A DNA stretch of 64,000 nucleotides, taken from the NCBI GenBank assembly GCA_963668355.1, contig OY764265.1, positions 1,120,001 to 1,184,000 of the forward strand, given 5' to 3'. Origin of the DNA: Bdellovibrionota bacterium (lineage in GTDB: Bacteria; Bdellovibrionota_G; JALEGL01; DATDPG01). Below are positions 32,236 to 44,945 of this stretch, piece after piece. Within the stretch, counting starts at the first letter, position 1. Each line of letters starts with the position of its first letter. Made by a program: the position numbers and the translations under genes. Below the pieces are notes generated by a model, which was given only the letters and a program-made list of their open reading frames with translations, made no database searches and was not told where the DNA came from.

Positions 32236-32356
32236 TTTTTCACAAATTCAACCCCAATCCACCATCTCCAGGGTTAACCCTTATAAATCAGGGGCAAAAA
32301 GCCGGACCCGCGGTCATTCCACACAGACTCCCTCTCAAAACAAACTTTTGTCCACA
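32236..32356. promoter_or_regulatory. DnaA-box-like sites upstream of dnaA
   Basis: TTTTTCACA (32236-32244) and TTGTCCACA (32348-32356). Confidence 0.55.
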
Positions 32357-32654
32357 GGCATGCATGGGGGGGTGTTTTTCGCTCGATGTGACGGTTACTC
32401 CACGAGCTTTCGACCTTTCCCTGTTGAAAAGGAAAAACTGCGGCGCGGATCATCTTTTTTGTTTTTCAATTTTTAAAACCAGAAAGAATGGTTTGCTGCT
32501 CGCAACCGAAAAACCTCCAGCGTTTTAGCGCGTTTAATCCATTTCAAACTTTTTCTTTTTTTTATTTTTCTTTTCCTTAACTTTTTCTTTGCAAATGACT
32601 TGACCCAACTTTCTCAGATCGTTACTTCGCTAACTCGTCGTTAGGTTTTTAAAA

Positions 32655-34022
32655 ATGGATTGTGTAGGCGAAAATATAAAAGAAGTTTGGTCTCGAACTT
32701 TATCCGACCTTCGGGAAGAAGTGTCTGATCATAGTTTTAACACCTGGCTCAAACCCATACATTTAAAGGGTTTTCAGGACGATCAAATTTTCTTACAGGT
32801 GCCCAACAATTTTTATCGCGACCGAATTCAACACACATATGCAGATAAGATTCGGAAAAACTTCGAGCGACATTTTTGCAGAAAGCCCGACATCTCTTTT
32901 GTTGTTTCTAAAGAAAGAAAAGAAAGTTCTTCTTTATTGAAAGATATTAGAGAAACCCAGAAAGTTTTGGACAAACCGTCCCCACCTAAAAGTGAAATCG
33001 ATGGAATGAATTTGAAACATACCTTTGACACTTTTGTCGTTGGGGCGGGAAATCAGTTTGCCCACGCTGCGGCCCAAGCGGTTGCTCAGGCACCGGGTGA
33101 AACGTACAACCCTCTCTTTATATACGGTGGCGTGGGTCTGGGAAAAACACACCTTTTGTGCGCCGTTGGAGACCAAATTGCGAAGGCTCGACCCGGTTCC
33201 CGAGTGGTTTACCGAACCGCCGAGCGTTTCATGAATGATTTGATCAACTCCATACGATACGAAAAGACATTGGAGTTTAGGTCTCGCTATCGGGAGTCTT
33301 GCGATGTTCTTTTAGTGGATGACATCCAGTTTTTAGCCGGGAAAGAGCGTACGCAAGAAGAGTTTTTCCATACATTCAACGCCCTTCACGAAGCCAACAA
33401 ACAAATTGTTTTAACTTCGGACCGCTTTCCTAAGGAAATTCCTGATCTAGATGAGCGTTTGAGGTCTCGTTTTCAATCGGGCTTATTCTGTGACATTCAG
33501 CCTCCAGACGTAGAAACTCGTGTGGCCATCCTCAAAAAGCGGGCTGAATCGGAAAGTCTGGTTTTACCTGACGATGTAGCTCTCTTTTTGGCCAAAAAGG
33601 TGAAATCCAATATCCGTGTTCTGGAGGGGGCCTTCATTCGACTAACCGCCTTTGCGTCCATTAGTCGGCGGCCCATTACGCTGGAATTGACCGAAGAGGT
33701 CTTTGGTTCCTTGGCCCCTGAGGAGTCTCGGATCACCATCGAAGCCATTCAAAAACGCGTAGCGGAGTTCTTTAATCTAAACGTTGCCGATTTGAAGTCT
33801 TCCCGGCGCCACAAAGTGGTGGCCCTGCCGCGACAAATTGCCATGTATCTAAGCCGAAAGCTAACTCAGGCCTCGTTTCCAGAGCTAGGGAGCCGTTTTG
33901 GTGGGAAAGATCACACCACGGTCATGCATGCCGTCCAAAAAGTCGAACGGCTTCTAGATGATGATTCTCCCCTTCGAAATTCCGTTTCTACCATCGAAAA
34001 AACGCTTACCAGTGGTGTGTAA
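32655..34022 (+). CDS. dnaA: Chromosomal replication initiator DnaA
   Basis: YNPLFIYGGVGLGKTHL, TQEEFFHTFN and GGKDHTTV. Confidence 0.99.
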   Translation: MDCVGENIKEVWSRTLSDLREEVSDHSFNTWLKPIHLKGFQDDQIFLQVPNNFYRDRIQHTYADKIRKNFERHFCRKPDISFVVSKERKESSSLLKDIRETQKVLDKPSPPKSEIDGMNLKHTFDTFVVGAGNQFAHAAAQAVAQAPGETYNPLFIYGGVGLGKTHLLCAVGDQIAKARPGSRVVYRTAERFMNDLINSIRYEKTLEFRSRYRESCDVLLVDDIQFLAGKERTQEEFFHTFNALHEANKQIVLTSDRFPKEIPDLDERLRSRFQSGLFCDIQPPDVETRVAILKKRAESESLVLPDDVALFLAKKVKSNIRVLEGAFIRLTAFASISRRPITLELTEEVFGSLAPEESRITIEAIQKRVAEFFNLNVADLKSSRRHKVVALPRQIAMYLSRKLTQASFPELGSRFGGKDHTTVMHAVQKVERLLDDDSPLRNSVSTIEKTLTSGV

Positions 34023-34239
34023 ACTCCATTGCTTCTTGTGGATAAATATGATTCTTATTCTCAGCTTCTGGGGAAACCACAGTTATGAATATTCAAGAAG
34101 TCCATAGGGTGTCCATTTCATACACAGGCCAAAATTTTTCTCGTCGGCCTGGAAAGGCTTTTTCCCGAGTTTTCTGCAGTTATCCCCAGGACATACTGCT
34201 ACTATCTTTTATATATACTTATATTTACTTATTTAACGG
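34023..34239. other. Replication origin oriC (dnaA-dnaN intergenic region)
   Basis: Perfect DnaA box TGTGGATAA at 34037-34045, TCATACACA at 34118-34126 and TTATCCCCA at 34180-34188, followed by GGAC, trio-like TACTGCTACTAT and an AT-rich tract; gene orientation switches nearby. Confidence 0.88.
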
Positions 34240-34251
34240 GTGGGGGTTAGC

Positions 34252-35373
34252 GTGAAGATTGAATTTGATCGTGACCAATTAGCTAAGGCTCTTCAAAGAG
34301 TTGGAACGGTGGTTGAAAAGAAATCAACCATGCCTGCTTTGGGAAATGTTTTACTTGAAGCAAAAGACAAAGAATTAACGTTAACGGCAACGGATTTAGA
34401 AACCACGATCCAAAGTACGTGTGCAGTGAAAGTTACCGAAGAGGGTCGAATTTGCATTCCAGCCAAAAGCCTTTTGGATATTGTGAAAGAGCTTCCTAAC
34501 CGAACCGGCACCCTTTCTAGAACCGACAACGACTGGATGATTTTGGAAAGTGGAAAAGCTCATTTTCGCGTTGTGGGTATGGAACCCAATAAATTCCCAA
34601 AAGTTCTCAATAAAGAGGAATTTAAGTTTGAGCAAATTCGTGTGGATACCTTAAAGAAGGGTGTCGACAAAACCAGCTTTGCCATTTCCACCGATGAAAT
34701 GCGCTACAACTTAAATGGCGTTTTTGTTGAATTTAAAAAAGATGGAAAAAAACCGGAGGTTCGATTTGTCGCCACAGATGGTCATCGATTGGCCGTGATT
34801 GACCGAGAATTGAGCGATGATGAAACCTTTCGATCTGAAAAAGGATTTATCCTTCCCCGCAAAGGCGTCATGGAGCTCAAACGTCTTTTAGGTGGATTGG
34901 AACAAAAACATATTGAAATTGCATTGACCGATTCCAATGCGGTCTTTCGAATGGAAGACATCGTCATTTTCATGCGTTTGGTGGTTGGCGAATTCCCGGA
35001 TTACAGCGCGGTCATTCCCAAAGGAAATAAGAAAAAACTGAAAATGAATCGAGCCCATTTTTCCAACAGTCTCCGACGTGTTTCTTTGCTTTCAGAAGGA
35101 AAATCCAAATGCGTTCGTCTTGGCATTCGTCAAGATGGCGTTCACTTGGTGGCGAATAGTCCAGAATTGGGAGAAGCCGAGGAAGATGTGGTCGGCGAAT
35201 TTACCGGTGGCGAACTGGAGATCGGATTCAACGCCCGCTATCTTTTGGATGTATTGAGCGTGATCGAAGGAGAAGAAGTGGTTTTGGAACTTGACCACGA
35301 GACCAGTCCTGGGGTTGTGCGGGTACCGGAAGAAGTCGGCTTTTTCGGCGTGATTATGCCCATGCGGGTATAA
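34252..35373 (+). CDS. dnaN: DNA polymerase III beta clamp
   Basis: ATDGHRL, FPDY, IGFNARYL and C-terminal IMPMR; start GTG at 34252 or 34240. Confidence 0.97.
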   Translation: MKIEFDRDQLAKALQRVGTVVEKKSTMPALGNVLLEAKDKELTLTATDLETTIQSTCAVKVTEEGRICIPAKSLLDIVKELPNRTGTLSRTDNDWMILESGKAHFRVVGMEPNKFPKVLNKEEFKFEQIRVDTLKKGVDKTSFAISTDEMRYNLNGVFVEFKKDGKKPEVRFVATDGHRLAVIDRELSDDETFRSEKGFILPRKGVMELKRLLGGLEQKHIEIALTDSNAVFRMEDIVIFMRLVVGEFPDYSAVIPKGNKKKLKMNRAHFSNSLRRVSLLSEGKSKCVRLGIRQDGVHLVANSPELGEAEEDVVGEFTGGELEIGFNARYLLDVLSVIEGEEVVLELDHETSPGVVRVPEEVGFFGVIMPMRV

Positions 35374-35417
35374 GGATTCGATCCTCCTTCATGTTGAAGG
35401 AATGAGAAGAGATTTCT

Positions 35418-36515
35418 TTGAAGGTTAGTCAACTTCAGTTGGTGCAATTTCGGCTTTATTCTCGGCTGGATGTGAGCTTTTCTGACGGGTTTTCGGTGTT
35501 TTTTGGCCCCAATGGAGCCGGAAAAACCACCATTTTGGAGGCCCTTTATTTTTTAATGACGCTCAAATCATTTCGCTCATCTCGAAATACAGACCTCATA
35601 GGGACGCCTTACACAGAATGTGGCCTGAGCGCCAAGTTTGAGGATCCGTCAATTCATGCCCAAATCGAACTGAAAACGCGGGGGCAAAAAAAAGAACTCG
35701 ACGGAAAAGCGATTCGAAAAACCCTCGATTTTTGCAAACATTTTTCGGTGGTGGCCCTGTGCCCAGAACACCAAGGAATCCTTTCCGGAGCCCCGGAAGA
35801 GCGGCGCAAATATTTGGATCGCGTGCTTTTTTCTCAAGAGGCACCCTACTTGAATAAAGCACAACGATATCGAAAGGCCTTAAAACATAAACAGGCGCTG
35901 CTTCGAGAAGACTTAAGCTTTGAAGCTTATAAAGATCAGGTTTCTCCGTGGAATCAAGAAATCCTCGCATTGGGCCAAGAGATGCGCCGGGCACGCAGAC
36001 AAATGATCGACACGTTGACGCCGCGATTTAAAAAACATCACGGCGTGCTCTTTGAAAAGGACGAGGTCAATTTAAGCTATGAGTGTTCCACAACCCCCTT
36101 GGAAGAAGAGTTACAAGAACGAGGGCGCCAAGAATATTTCGCTAAGAGAGTGCTTTTTGGTCCCCACAGAGATGATGTGCTCATTTCATTAAGAGGGCGG
36201 AAAGCCGCTGAAATTGCGAGCCAGGGAGAGAGAGCTTCGCTGTTGCTTTCCTTAAAGCTGAGCGAAATTGAGCTGGCGGAAGAAGGTATGCGCTCCAAAC
36301 CCATTTTGCTTTTGGACGACCTGGGCGCGACATTGGACATGGGTCGAAGAGAACGGCTTCTCGATTTTCTAAAAACGGGGTCTCATCAAACACTTATCAC
36401 CACGACAGAACCATCTTTAGTAGAGGTTTTGCGAGGGATGGGTTCACAAGTTCTAGAACCCCAAAAGACTTCTCTCGAAGAGGGCATTTCGATTGCACGC
36501 TGGTTGCCGGCATGA
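35418..36515 (+). CDS. recF: DNA replication/repair protein RecF
   Basis: GPNGAGKT, GPHRDD, ASQGE and LLLDD; synteny. Confidence 0.92.
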   Translation: MKVSQLQLVQFRLYSRLDVSFSDGFSVFFGPNGAGKTTILEALYFLMTLKSFRSSRNTDLIGTPYTECGLSAKFEDPSIHAQIELKTRGQKKELDGKAIRKTLDFCKHFSVVALCPEHQGILSGAPEERRKYLDRVLFSQEAPYLNKAQRYRKALKHKQALLREDLSFEAYKDQVSPWNQEILALGQEMRRARRQMIDTLTPRFKKHHGVLFEKDEVNLSYECSTTPLEEELQERGRQEYFAKRVLFGPHRDDVLISLRGRKAAEIASQGERASLLLSLKLSEIELAEEGMRSKPILLLDDLGATLDMGRRERLLDFLKTGSHQTLITTTEPSLVEVLRGMGSQVLEPQKTSLEEGISIARWLPA

Positions 36516-36546
36516 TAAATCTCGCCTTCCTTTTTTGGAGTATTAG

Positions 36547-38997
<2,451 letters not shown>

Positions 38998-39007
38998 GAG
39001 GGGCGAA

Positions 39008-41476
39008 ATGGGTACGAAAGAAGCAGTCAGAGAAATTCCCCGTTCCATTGAAGAGGAAATGCGTGCGTCATACCTCGATTATGCCATGAGCGTCATCGTG
39101 GGACGTGCACTTCCAGACATTCGCGACGGATTAAAACCCGTCCACCGGCGCGTGCTCTATGGCATGTATGACATGGGCAACACGCATAGCAAGCCTTACA
39201 AGAAATCGGCACGCGTGGTCGGGGATGTCATGGGTAAATATCATCCGCATGGCGATTCAGCGATTTACGACACGATTGTGCGCATGGCCCAAGACTTTTC
39301 TCTTCGATATCCGCTGGTGGATGGCCAAGGGAACTTTGGATCCATCGATGGCGATTCAGCGGCCGCCATGCGTTACACCGAAATTCGGATGGATCGCATA
39401 GCCGAAGAATTTCTCGAAGACATCGAAAAAGAAACGGTCAAATTTGGTCGAAACTATGATGACTCCTTAGATGAGCCGCTGGTTTTGCCTACGCGTGTTC
39501 CGAACCTGTTAGTTAACGGATCCTCCGGAATTGCCGTTGGAATGGCCACAAACATTCCCCCACACAATCTAACCGAAATTTGCGATGGCGTGGTTTCCAT
39601 GATTCGAAACCCCGAACTTTCGGATAAAGAGCTTTTTACAACGGTTAAGGGACCCGATTTTCCCACGGGCGGCATCATTTATGGCCGAACGGGCATCAAG
39701 AGCGCGTTCACAACCGGGCGAGGAAAATTCATCATCCGCGCTCGCGCCATGATTGAGGACATGAAAAAGGGCGATCGTCAGCAGATCGTTGTCACGGAAA
39801 TTCCCTATCAGGTGAATAAAGTTCGGCTCATCGAAGCCATTGCAAATCTGGTTCGAAACAAAAAAATCGAAGGAATATCTGATCTGAGGGATGAGTCGGA
39901 TCGAGATGGAATGCGGATTGTCATTGAGCTCAAGCGAGATGCCAACTCGGCCGTAATTTTGAACCAACTGTATGCGAACACGCAAATGCAAACCTCTTTT
40001 GGCGTGATCATGCTGGGACTGGTCAACGGCCAACCCAAAGTGGTTTCACTCCGCGAGGCCATGGAAATTTTCATTGGTCACCGAAAAGAAGTTGTCATTC
40101 GACGGACCATCTTTGACTTGCGAAAGGCCGAAGAAAAAGCCCATCTTTTGGAGGGCTTAAAAATTGCCTTGGAAAACATTGATGAGGTTATCCGAATCAT
40201 CAAAAAGTCCAAAGATCCTCATTTGGCTCGAGAGGCACTTTGTAAAAAGTTTTCATTATCCGAACGACAATCCACCGCGATTCTGGAAATGCGTCTCCAA
40301 CGGTTAACCAACCTGGAACGCGATAAAATTTTAGAGGACTACAAAGCTACGCTTGAACTCATTAAGAAATATCGCGCGATTTTGGCCGATGAAAAATTGG
40401 TCTACAACATCATCGTGGATGAGTTGGAAGAGATTAAGAAAAAGTATGGTGACAAGCGATTGACCGAAATTCGAGCTCAATTGGATGAATTTTCCGAAGA
40501 AGATCTCATAGCCGAAGAAGATATGGTGGTGACGATCACGCATGCCGGATACATCAAGCGAAACCCCGTGACGATGTATCGCAACCAGCGTCGAGGTGGA
40601 CGAGGGAAAATTGGGACCGGGATCCGAGAGGAAGACTTTGTCACGTCGCTCTTTGTGACCTCAACACACGACTATCTTTTGATTTTCACAGACCGTGGGA
40701 AATTATATTGGGTCAAAGTTCACGAACTTCCCCAAGCGGGAAGAGCGGCGAAGGGAAAACCTTTGGTGAACTTGATTCGTTTGAGTCCGCAAGAAAATGT
40801 CACGGCCATTTTACCCGTTCGGGAATTTGTCGAAGGAAAGCAGATTGTGATGGCGACGAGAAAAGGCGTGATCAAGAAGACAGACCTGATGGCTTTTTCT
40901 AACCCAAGGGCGGCAGGAATCATTGCCTGTGGAATTGATGAAGGGGACCGAATGATCTCCGCCGCGATTACCGAAGGAAACTCGGAAATCTTTTTGGCCA
41001 CGCGAACGGGCCAGGCCATTCGTTTTAAAGAGGCCAACGTTCGTTCCATGGGTCGGCAGGCTTACGGCGTAAAGGGCGTTGAGCTTGGAAAGGGCGATGC
41101 GGTTGTCGGCATGGAAGTGTTGACCGGCGAGGGCTTGATGTTGACAGCCACGGAGAATGGTTACGGAAAATTGACCGAAACCACCGAATACCGAACACAG
41201 AGCCGCGGCGGAAAAGGCATCATGACCATGAAGGTCACCGAAAAGAATGGCCCGGTGGTTGGGGTGGCCCAGGTTGCTAAAGATGATGATGTGATGCTCA
41301 TCAGCGATCATGGAAAACTCATCCGAACCCAGGCCAAGGGCATTTCGATCTATGGTCGGGCAACGCAGGGTGTTCGCCTCATTCATATGGAAAAGACCGA
41401 AAAACTCGTTGCATTAGCGAAAATCGTTCCCGAAGACGAAGAAGAAGCTACAGCCCCTGTTGCTGGAAACGCTTAA
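39008..41476 (+). CDS. gyrA: DNA gyrase subunit A
   Basis: HPHGD, AAMRYTE and GyrA box QRRGGRG. Confidence 0.99.
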   Translation: MGTKEAVREIPRSIEEEMRASYLDYAMSVIVGRALPDIRDGLKPVHRRVLYGMYDMGNTHSKPYKKSARVVGDVMGKYHPHGDSAIYDTIVRMAQDFSLRYPLVDGQGNFGSIDGDSAAAMRYTEIRMDRIAEEFLEDIEKETVKFGRNYDDSLDEPLVLPTRVPNLLVNGSSGIAVGMATNIPPHNLTEICDGVVSMIRNPELSDKELFTTVKGPDFPTGGIIYGRTGIKSAFTTGRGKFIIRARAMIEDMKKGDRQQIVVTEIPYQVNKVRLIEAIANLVRNKKIEGISDLRDESDRDGMRIVIELKRDANSAVILNQLYANTQMQTSFGVIMLGLVNGQPKVVSLREAMEIFIGHRKEVVIRRTIFDLRKAEEKAHLLEGLKIALENIDEVIRIIKKSKDPHLAREALCKKFSLSERQSTAILEMRLQRLTNLERDKILEDYKATLELIKKYRAILADEKLVYNIIVDELEEIKKKYGDKRLTEIRAQLDEFSEEDLIAEEDMVVTITHAGYIKRNPVTMYRNQRRGGRGKIGTGIREEDFVTSLFVTSTHDYLLIFTDRGKLYWVKVHELPQAGRAAKGKPLVNLIRLSPQENVTAILPVREFVEGKQIVMATRKGVIKKTDLMAFSNPRAAGIIACGIDEGDRMISAAITEGNSEIFLATRTGQAIRFKEANVRSMGRQAYGVKGVELGKGDAVVGMEVLTGEGLMLTATENGYGKLTETTEYRTQSRGGKGIMTMKVTEKNGPVVGVAQVAKDDDVMLISDHGKLIRTQAKGISIYGRATQGVRLIHMEKTEKLVALAKIVPEDEEEATAPVAGNA

Positions 41477-41541
41477 AAAGCGCGACACCCGTCGCGCAAG
41501 AGGACTCCGAAATCGTTGTTAAGAACAGCTACGTTTAAGGG

Positions 41542-41740
41542 AAGCAAATCTGAGGAAGAGTCTCTCCGCTTCGGGTTACGTTCGCTCCAAAGACTACGAT
41601 CACTGCAGGCGGGGCCCCTCGTTGTCCGCCCAGCGTCAAGCATAGCTTGCCGCAGGTCGTCTCCGTTTCCCCTACCTTCCGTTCACGAGGTCTTTGGGCT
41701 CTCTTCACAGGCGCGGAGAGACTCTTCCTCAGATTCGCTT
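41542..41740. repeat. Long inverted-repeat (branched hairpin) element
   Basis: 28-bp arms 41542-41569 and 41713-41740 (27/28), inner stem CCAAAGAC/GTCTTTGG and further internal hairpins. Confidence 0.85.
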
Positions 41741-41854
41741 TTCGTCATGAGTAATTCTTTTATCTCGCTCCCCTCGCTTGAAATCATTCATTCAAACGGA
41801 GACACCTTTTTTGTGAGAGATGTTTTTAAAGTTACCTTGGAAATGTTGAAAGGG

Positions 41855-41919
41855 TGGCCGACAGGGAAAGGGGCTCCGAGCACTGTCGGGGCGCAGCGAG
41901 CCCCTTTCCCTGTCGGTCA
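41855..41919. repeat. 22-bp-arm hairpin
   Basis: TGGCCGACAGGGAAAGGGGCTC / GAGCCCCTTTCCCTGTCGGTCA (21/22, one G-T). Confidence 0.8.
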
Positions 41920-42072
41920 GGACCCTCCCACAAAATCTCCTCGGCTCACTTTATGCCCAGAACGAAACTCATGCGCGACGAATGTCGCGCATTTACGGAT
42001 GTCGCGCTTTTTGAGTTTGGTTTTGAAGGAAGGGCCTTGCTTACATTTCGGATCTGGGGCAGCATCGGGGGC

Positions 42073-42867
42073 GTGAAGGTTTTTTATCTCATCATTCTTG
42101 TCAGCCTGGTTGGTTGTGCTACGGCAGACTTTCGAACCGCAGAAGAAATGGTTCGCCACCAGAAATTCTATAATGGCATAGAACTTTACCTAACCTTTGT
42201 CCGAGAGCACCCCAAGCACAGACGTGCGCCCGAAGCGTTGTTTGAAGTTGGAAATATTCAACAACTCATGTTGAACGATCACAAACAGGCCATGGCCACG
42301 TATCGAAAACTGGTCAACAACTTTCCCATTAGCCACTACACCATCAACGCCCAACAACGAATCGCAGAGATCTACAAAACCCAACAAGCGGATTATCGTC
42401 AGGCCATCGTTGAATACGAAAAACTCATCCAAGCTTCCCCCAAAAACCCCCAAGCGGGGAACTATCAGCTTGAGATCGCACAATGCTACACGCTCCTACA
42501 CAACTACGAACAAGCGGCGATTGAATTTCAAAAACTCATCGATGAATATCCTGCCTATGGACGCCTGGACGAGGTGTTTTTTCAGGCAGGAAACAATTTT
42601 TACATCAGCGGAAAGTATAAGGAAGCCATTCAAAGCTATGAAACGGTTTTGAGTCGATTTCCAAACTCCAATTTTCGCCCCCAAGCTCTTTTTGGAATCG
42701 GGGGGGCCTATGAGGAGATGGACCAGTTCAAAGAGGCACGCAAGTATTATGAGATGGTGGTGAAAGATTACCCCTCTCCCCAAGTCGTTCAGATTCGCTT
42801 AAAGGGTTTGTCTGAGCGAGAGAAGAAGAAGACCAAGATCGCAAAGGGCGCACATATCCGGCATTGA
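42073..42867 (+). CDS. TPR-repeat lipoprotein (BamD/CpoB-like repeats)
   Basis: GTG start, lipobox LVGC and repeated TPR motifs (EALFEVG, KLIDEYP, QALFGIG). Confidence 0.85.
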   Translation: MKVFYLIILVSLVGCATADFRTAEEMVRHQKFYNGIELYLTFVREHPKHRRAPEALFEVGNIQQLMLNDHKQAMATYRKLVNNFPISHYTINAQQRIAEIYKTQQADYRQAIVEYEKLIQASPKNPQAGNYQLEIAQCYTLLHNYEQAAIEFQKLIDEYPAYGRLDEVFFQAGNNFYISGKYKEAIQSYETVLSRFPNSNFRPQALFGIGGAYEEMDQFKEARKYYEMVVKDYPSPQVVQIRLKGLSEREKKKTKIAKGAHIRH

Positions 42868-42923
42868 TGGACGCCTGGTCGCCCCTTGCCACCCGATCGA
42901 ATCCGTCTATACTTCATCCTCTT

Positions 42924-44210
42924 ATGACAACCGGCAGTCTATCGAAAGAACTTTTCAACGCATCCATGAAACTCATTCCAGGAGGTGTGAATTCCCCTGT
43001 TAGGGCTTTTCACAGCGTTGGAGGAGAACCCCTTTTCATTGAAAAAGGAAAGGGCGCCATGTTGGTGGACGCAGACGGTCAAGAATACATTGACTATATG
43101 ATGAGCTGGGGAGCGTTGTTGCACGGTCACGCGCACAAAGAAATTACCGGTAAAATTGCAAAAGCTTTGGAACGAGGAACGTCCTTTGGGGCGCCAACAG
43201 GCTTTGAATTGGAATTGGCAAAATTGGTTACAGACGCCCTTCCCGCTATGGACATGATCCGGTTGGTGAACTCCGGGACGGAGGCGACCATGTCCGCCAT
43301 TCGGCTGGCCCGAGGACACACAAACCGAAAAAAGATCATCAAGTTTGATGGCTGCTATCATGGTCATGTCGACGCTCTTCTGGTTGAAGCCGGCAGCGGT
43401 GTGGCCACGCTGGGCATTCCGGGTTCGCCGGGCATTCCGGAGGAAGTCACGGCACACACGATCAGCCTCCCGTTCAATGATTTGGAAGCGGTTCGAGAGG
43501 TCTTTCAGAAAGACCCCCAAGGTTTTGCGGCCGTGATTGTAGAGCCGGTTGCTGGAAATATGGGCGTCATCCCCCCGCAAGAAGGATTTTTACAAGGCTT
43601 AAGGACGCTTACAGAAGAGCACGGCACGTTGCTCATTTTGGATGAAGTCATGACGGGTTTTCGCGTGGCGTGGGAAGGAGCTCAAGGCATGTTTCAGGTC
43701 ACACCGGACCTGACCTGTTTGGGGAAAATCATCGGTGGGGGCCTTCCGGTAGGAGCCTATGGCGGAAAACGCGAAATCATGGAAAAAATTGCGCCCGCCG
43801 GACCCATTTACCAAGCCGGGACCTTGTCGGGAAATCCCATCGCCATGGCGGCGGGAACCAAGGCCCTGAAGCTGGCCAAAGAGCCGGAAACCTACCAACG
43901 ACTGGACTACCGAAGCCAATATTTAACAGACGAGCTTAAGAAGAGGGCCGATGCGGCGAAGATTCCCATGACGATCAATCGTGTGGGATCCATGTTTACC
44001 CTCTTTTTCTCTGAGAAGCCGATCACAGACCTTCAAGACGTCAAAGAGTCCAATTTGCGTCGGTTTGCTAAGTACTTCAACGCGATGCTGGAAGAAGGGG
44101 TCTATTTTCCCCCCTCCCCGTTCGAAGCTTGCTTCCTGTCAACGGCCCACGGGGAAACCACGATTGAAAAGACCCTTGCGGCGCACGAAAAAGCTCTCAA
44201 GAAATTATAA
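42924..44210 (+). CDS. hemL: Glutamate-1-semialdehyde 2,1-aminomutase
   Basis: PGGVNSPVRAF, SGTEATM, DEVMTGFR, GKIIGGG and YQAGTLSGNP; promoter-like TTGCCA-N16-TATACT at 42886-42913 favours ATG 42924. Confidence 0.97.
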   Translation: MTTGSLSKELFNASMKLIPGGVNSPVRAFHSVGGEPLFIEKGKGAMLVDADGQEYIDYMMSWGALLHGHAHKEITGKIAKALERGTSFGAPTGFELELAKLVTDALPAMDMIRLVNSGTEATMSAIRLARGHTNRKKIIKFDGCYHGHVDALLVEAGSGVATLGIPGSPGIPEEVTAHTISLPFNDLEAVREVFQKDPQGFAAVIVEPVAGNMGVIPPQEGFLQGLRTLTEEHGTLLILDEVMTGFRVAWEGAQGMFQVTPDLTCLGKIIGGGLPVGAYGGKREIMEKIAPAGPIYQAGTLSGNPIAMAAGTKALKLAKEPETYQRLDYRSQYLTDELKKRADAAKIPMTINRVGSMFTLFFSEKPITDLQDVKESNLRRFAKYFNAMLEEGVYFPPSPFEACFLSTAHGETTIEKTLAAHEKALKKL

Positions 44211-44374
44211 ACGCTTTCGAATGTACCGAAACGAGGATTCGGGGTGTTGCTTTGACTTACATCCGCGATCTACCTTTGGGGTTTTGGCGAAAGACGCAGA
44301 CTTGAGTCTCTTGACTTAGAGGGGGTTTGCTGTAAAAACCGGCACTTTGCGAGGTCAATCCTCCCAATTTCCAT

Positions 44375-44602
44375 ATGATGAAACGTCCCAGGTTAGAGGT
44401 TGCGGCGCAAGCGTTGGAAGCCCTTCTAATGCCGGGAATCGGGCTGATCATAGGAAATGCCTTGGACGGTCGTTGGGGGAGTTCGCCTTGGGGAGCTTTG
44501 GTGGGTGCCATCCTTGGGTTGGCGGTGTCGGCCAAAATTCTCCTCCAAATCGCAAACAGAGAAGATAAACGAAGTGGAAACCAAAACGACAACGAAAATT
44601 GA
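44375..44602 (+). CDS. atpZ: AtpZ/AtpI-family small membrane protein
   Basis: GLIIGNALDGRWGSSPW pattern; first gene of the Fo cluster. Confidence 0.75.
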   Translation: MMKRPRLEVAAQALEALLMPGIGLIIGNALDGRWGSSPWGALVGAILGLAVSAKILLQIANREDKRSGNQNDNEN

Positions 44603-44942
44603 TCGAGCCAATCTGGGAGTTATGCTTGCCCTGGGTGTGGTGAGTGCATTCACGCTGTCCTGGGATGTGACGATCGGGCTGGTCATCGGTTGTGCCATCA
44701 TGGCTTTTGATTTTTACTTGATGCGCGTCTTGCTGAGCCAGGTATTGTTCGGGACGAGAACCTCGGCCGGCGTGTCCATGGCGTTGCTGGTAGCAAAATT
44801 TTTAGGGCTATTTGGTTTGGTCGCGCTCTGTCTGTTTTTCATTCCCATGAACTTATTTGCATTTGGTTTGGGTGCGACGGCGGTGGTTTTAACGGCAGCC
44901 ATCGTGGCTATGACCATGCAAAAGAAAGCTCAGGAGAAATAA
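44574..44942 (+). CDS. atpI: ATP synthase protein I
   Basis: About 4 TM helices, directly upstream of atpB; GTG start inferred. Confidence 0.75.
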   Translation: METKTTTKIDRANLGVMLALGVVSAFTLSWDVTIGLVIGCAIMAFDFYLMRVLLSQVLFGTRTSAGVSMALLVAKFLGLFGLVALCLFFIPMNLFAFGLGATAVVLTAAIVAMTMQKKAQEK

Positions 44943-44945
44943 AAC

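Noticed and set aside
41542..41919. RNase P RNA, SRP RNA or tmRNA
   Set aside because: GAGGAAGAGTC only resembles the RNase P GAGGAAAGTCC motif; no P4 partner, SRP helix-8 motif or tRNA-like ends were found.
41516..42076. 186-aa ORF and the N-terminal extension of the TPR gene
   Set aside because: Overlap hairpin elements; the lipoprotein signal points to a start at 42073.
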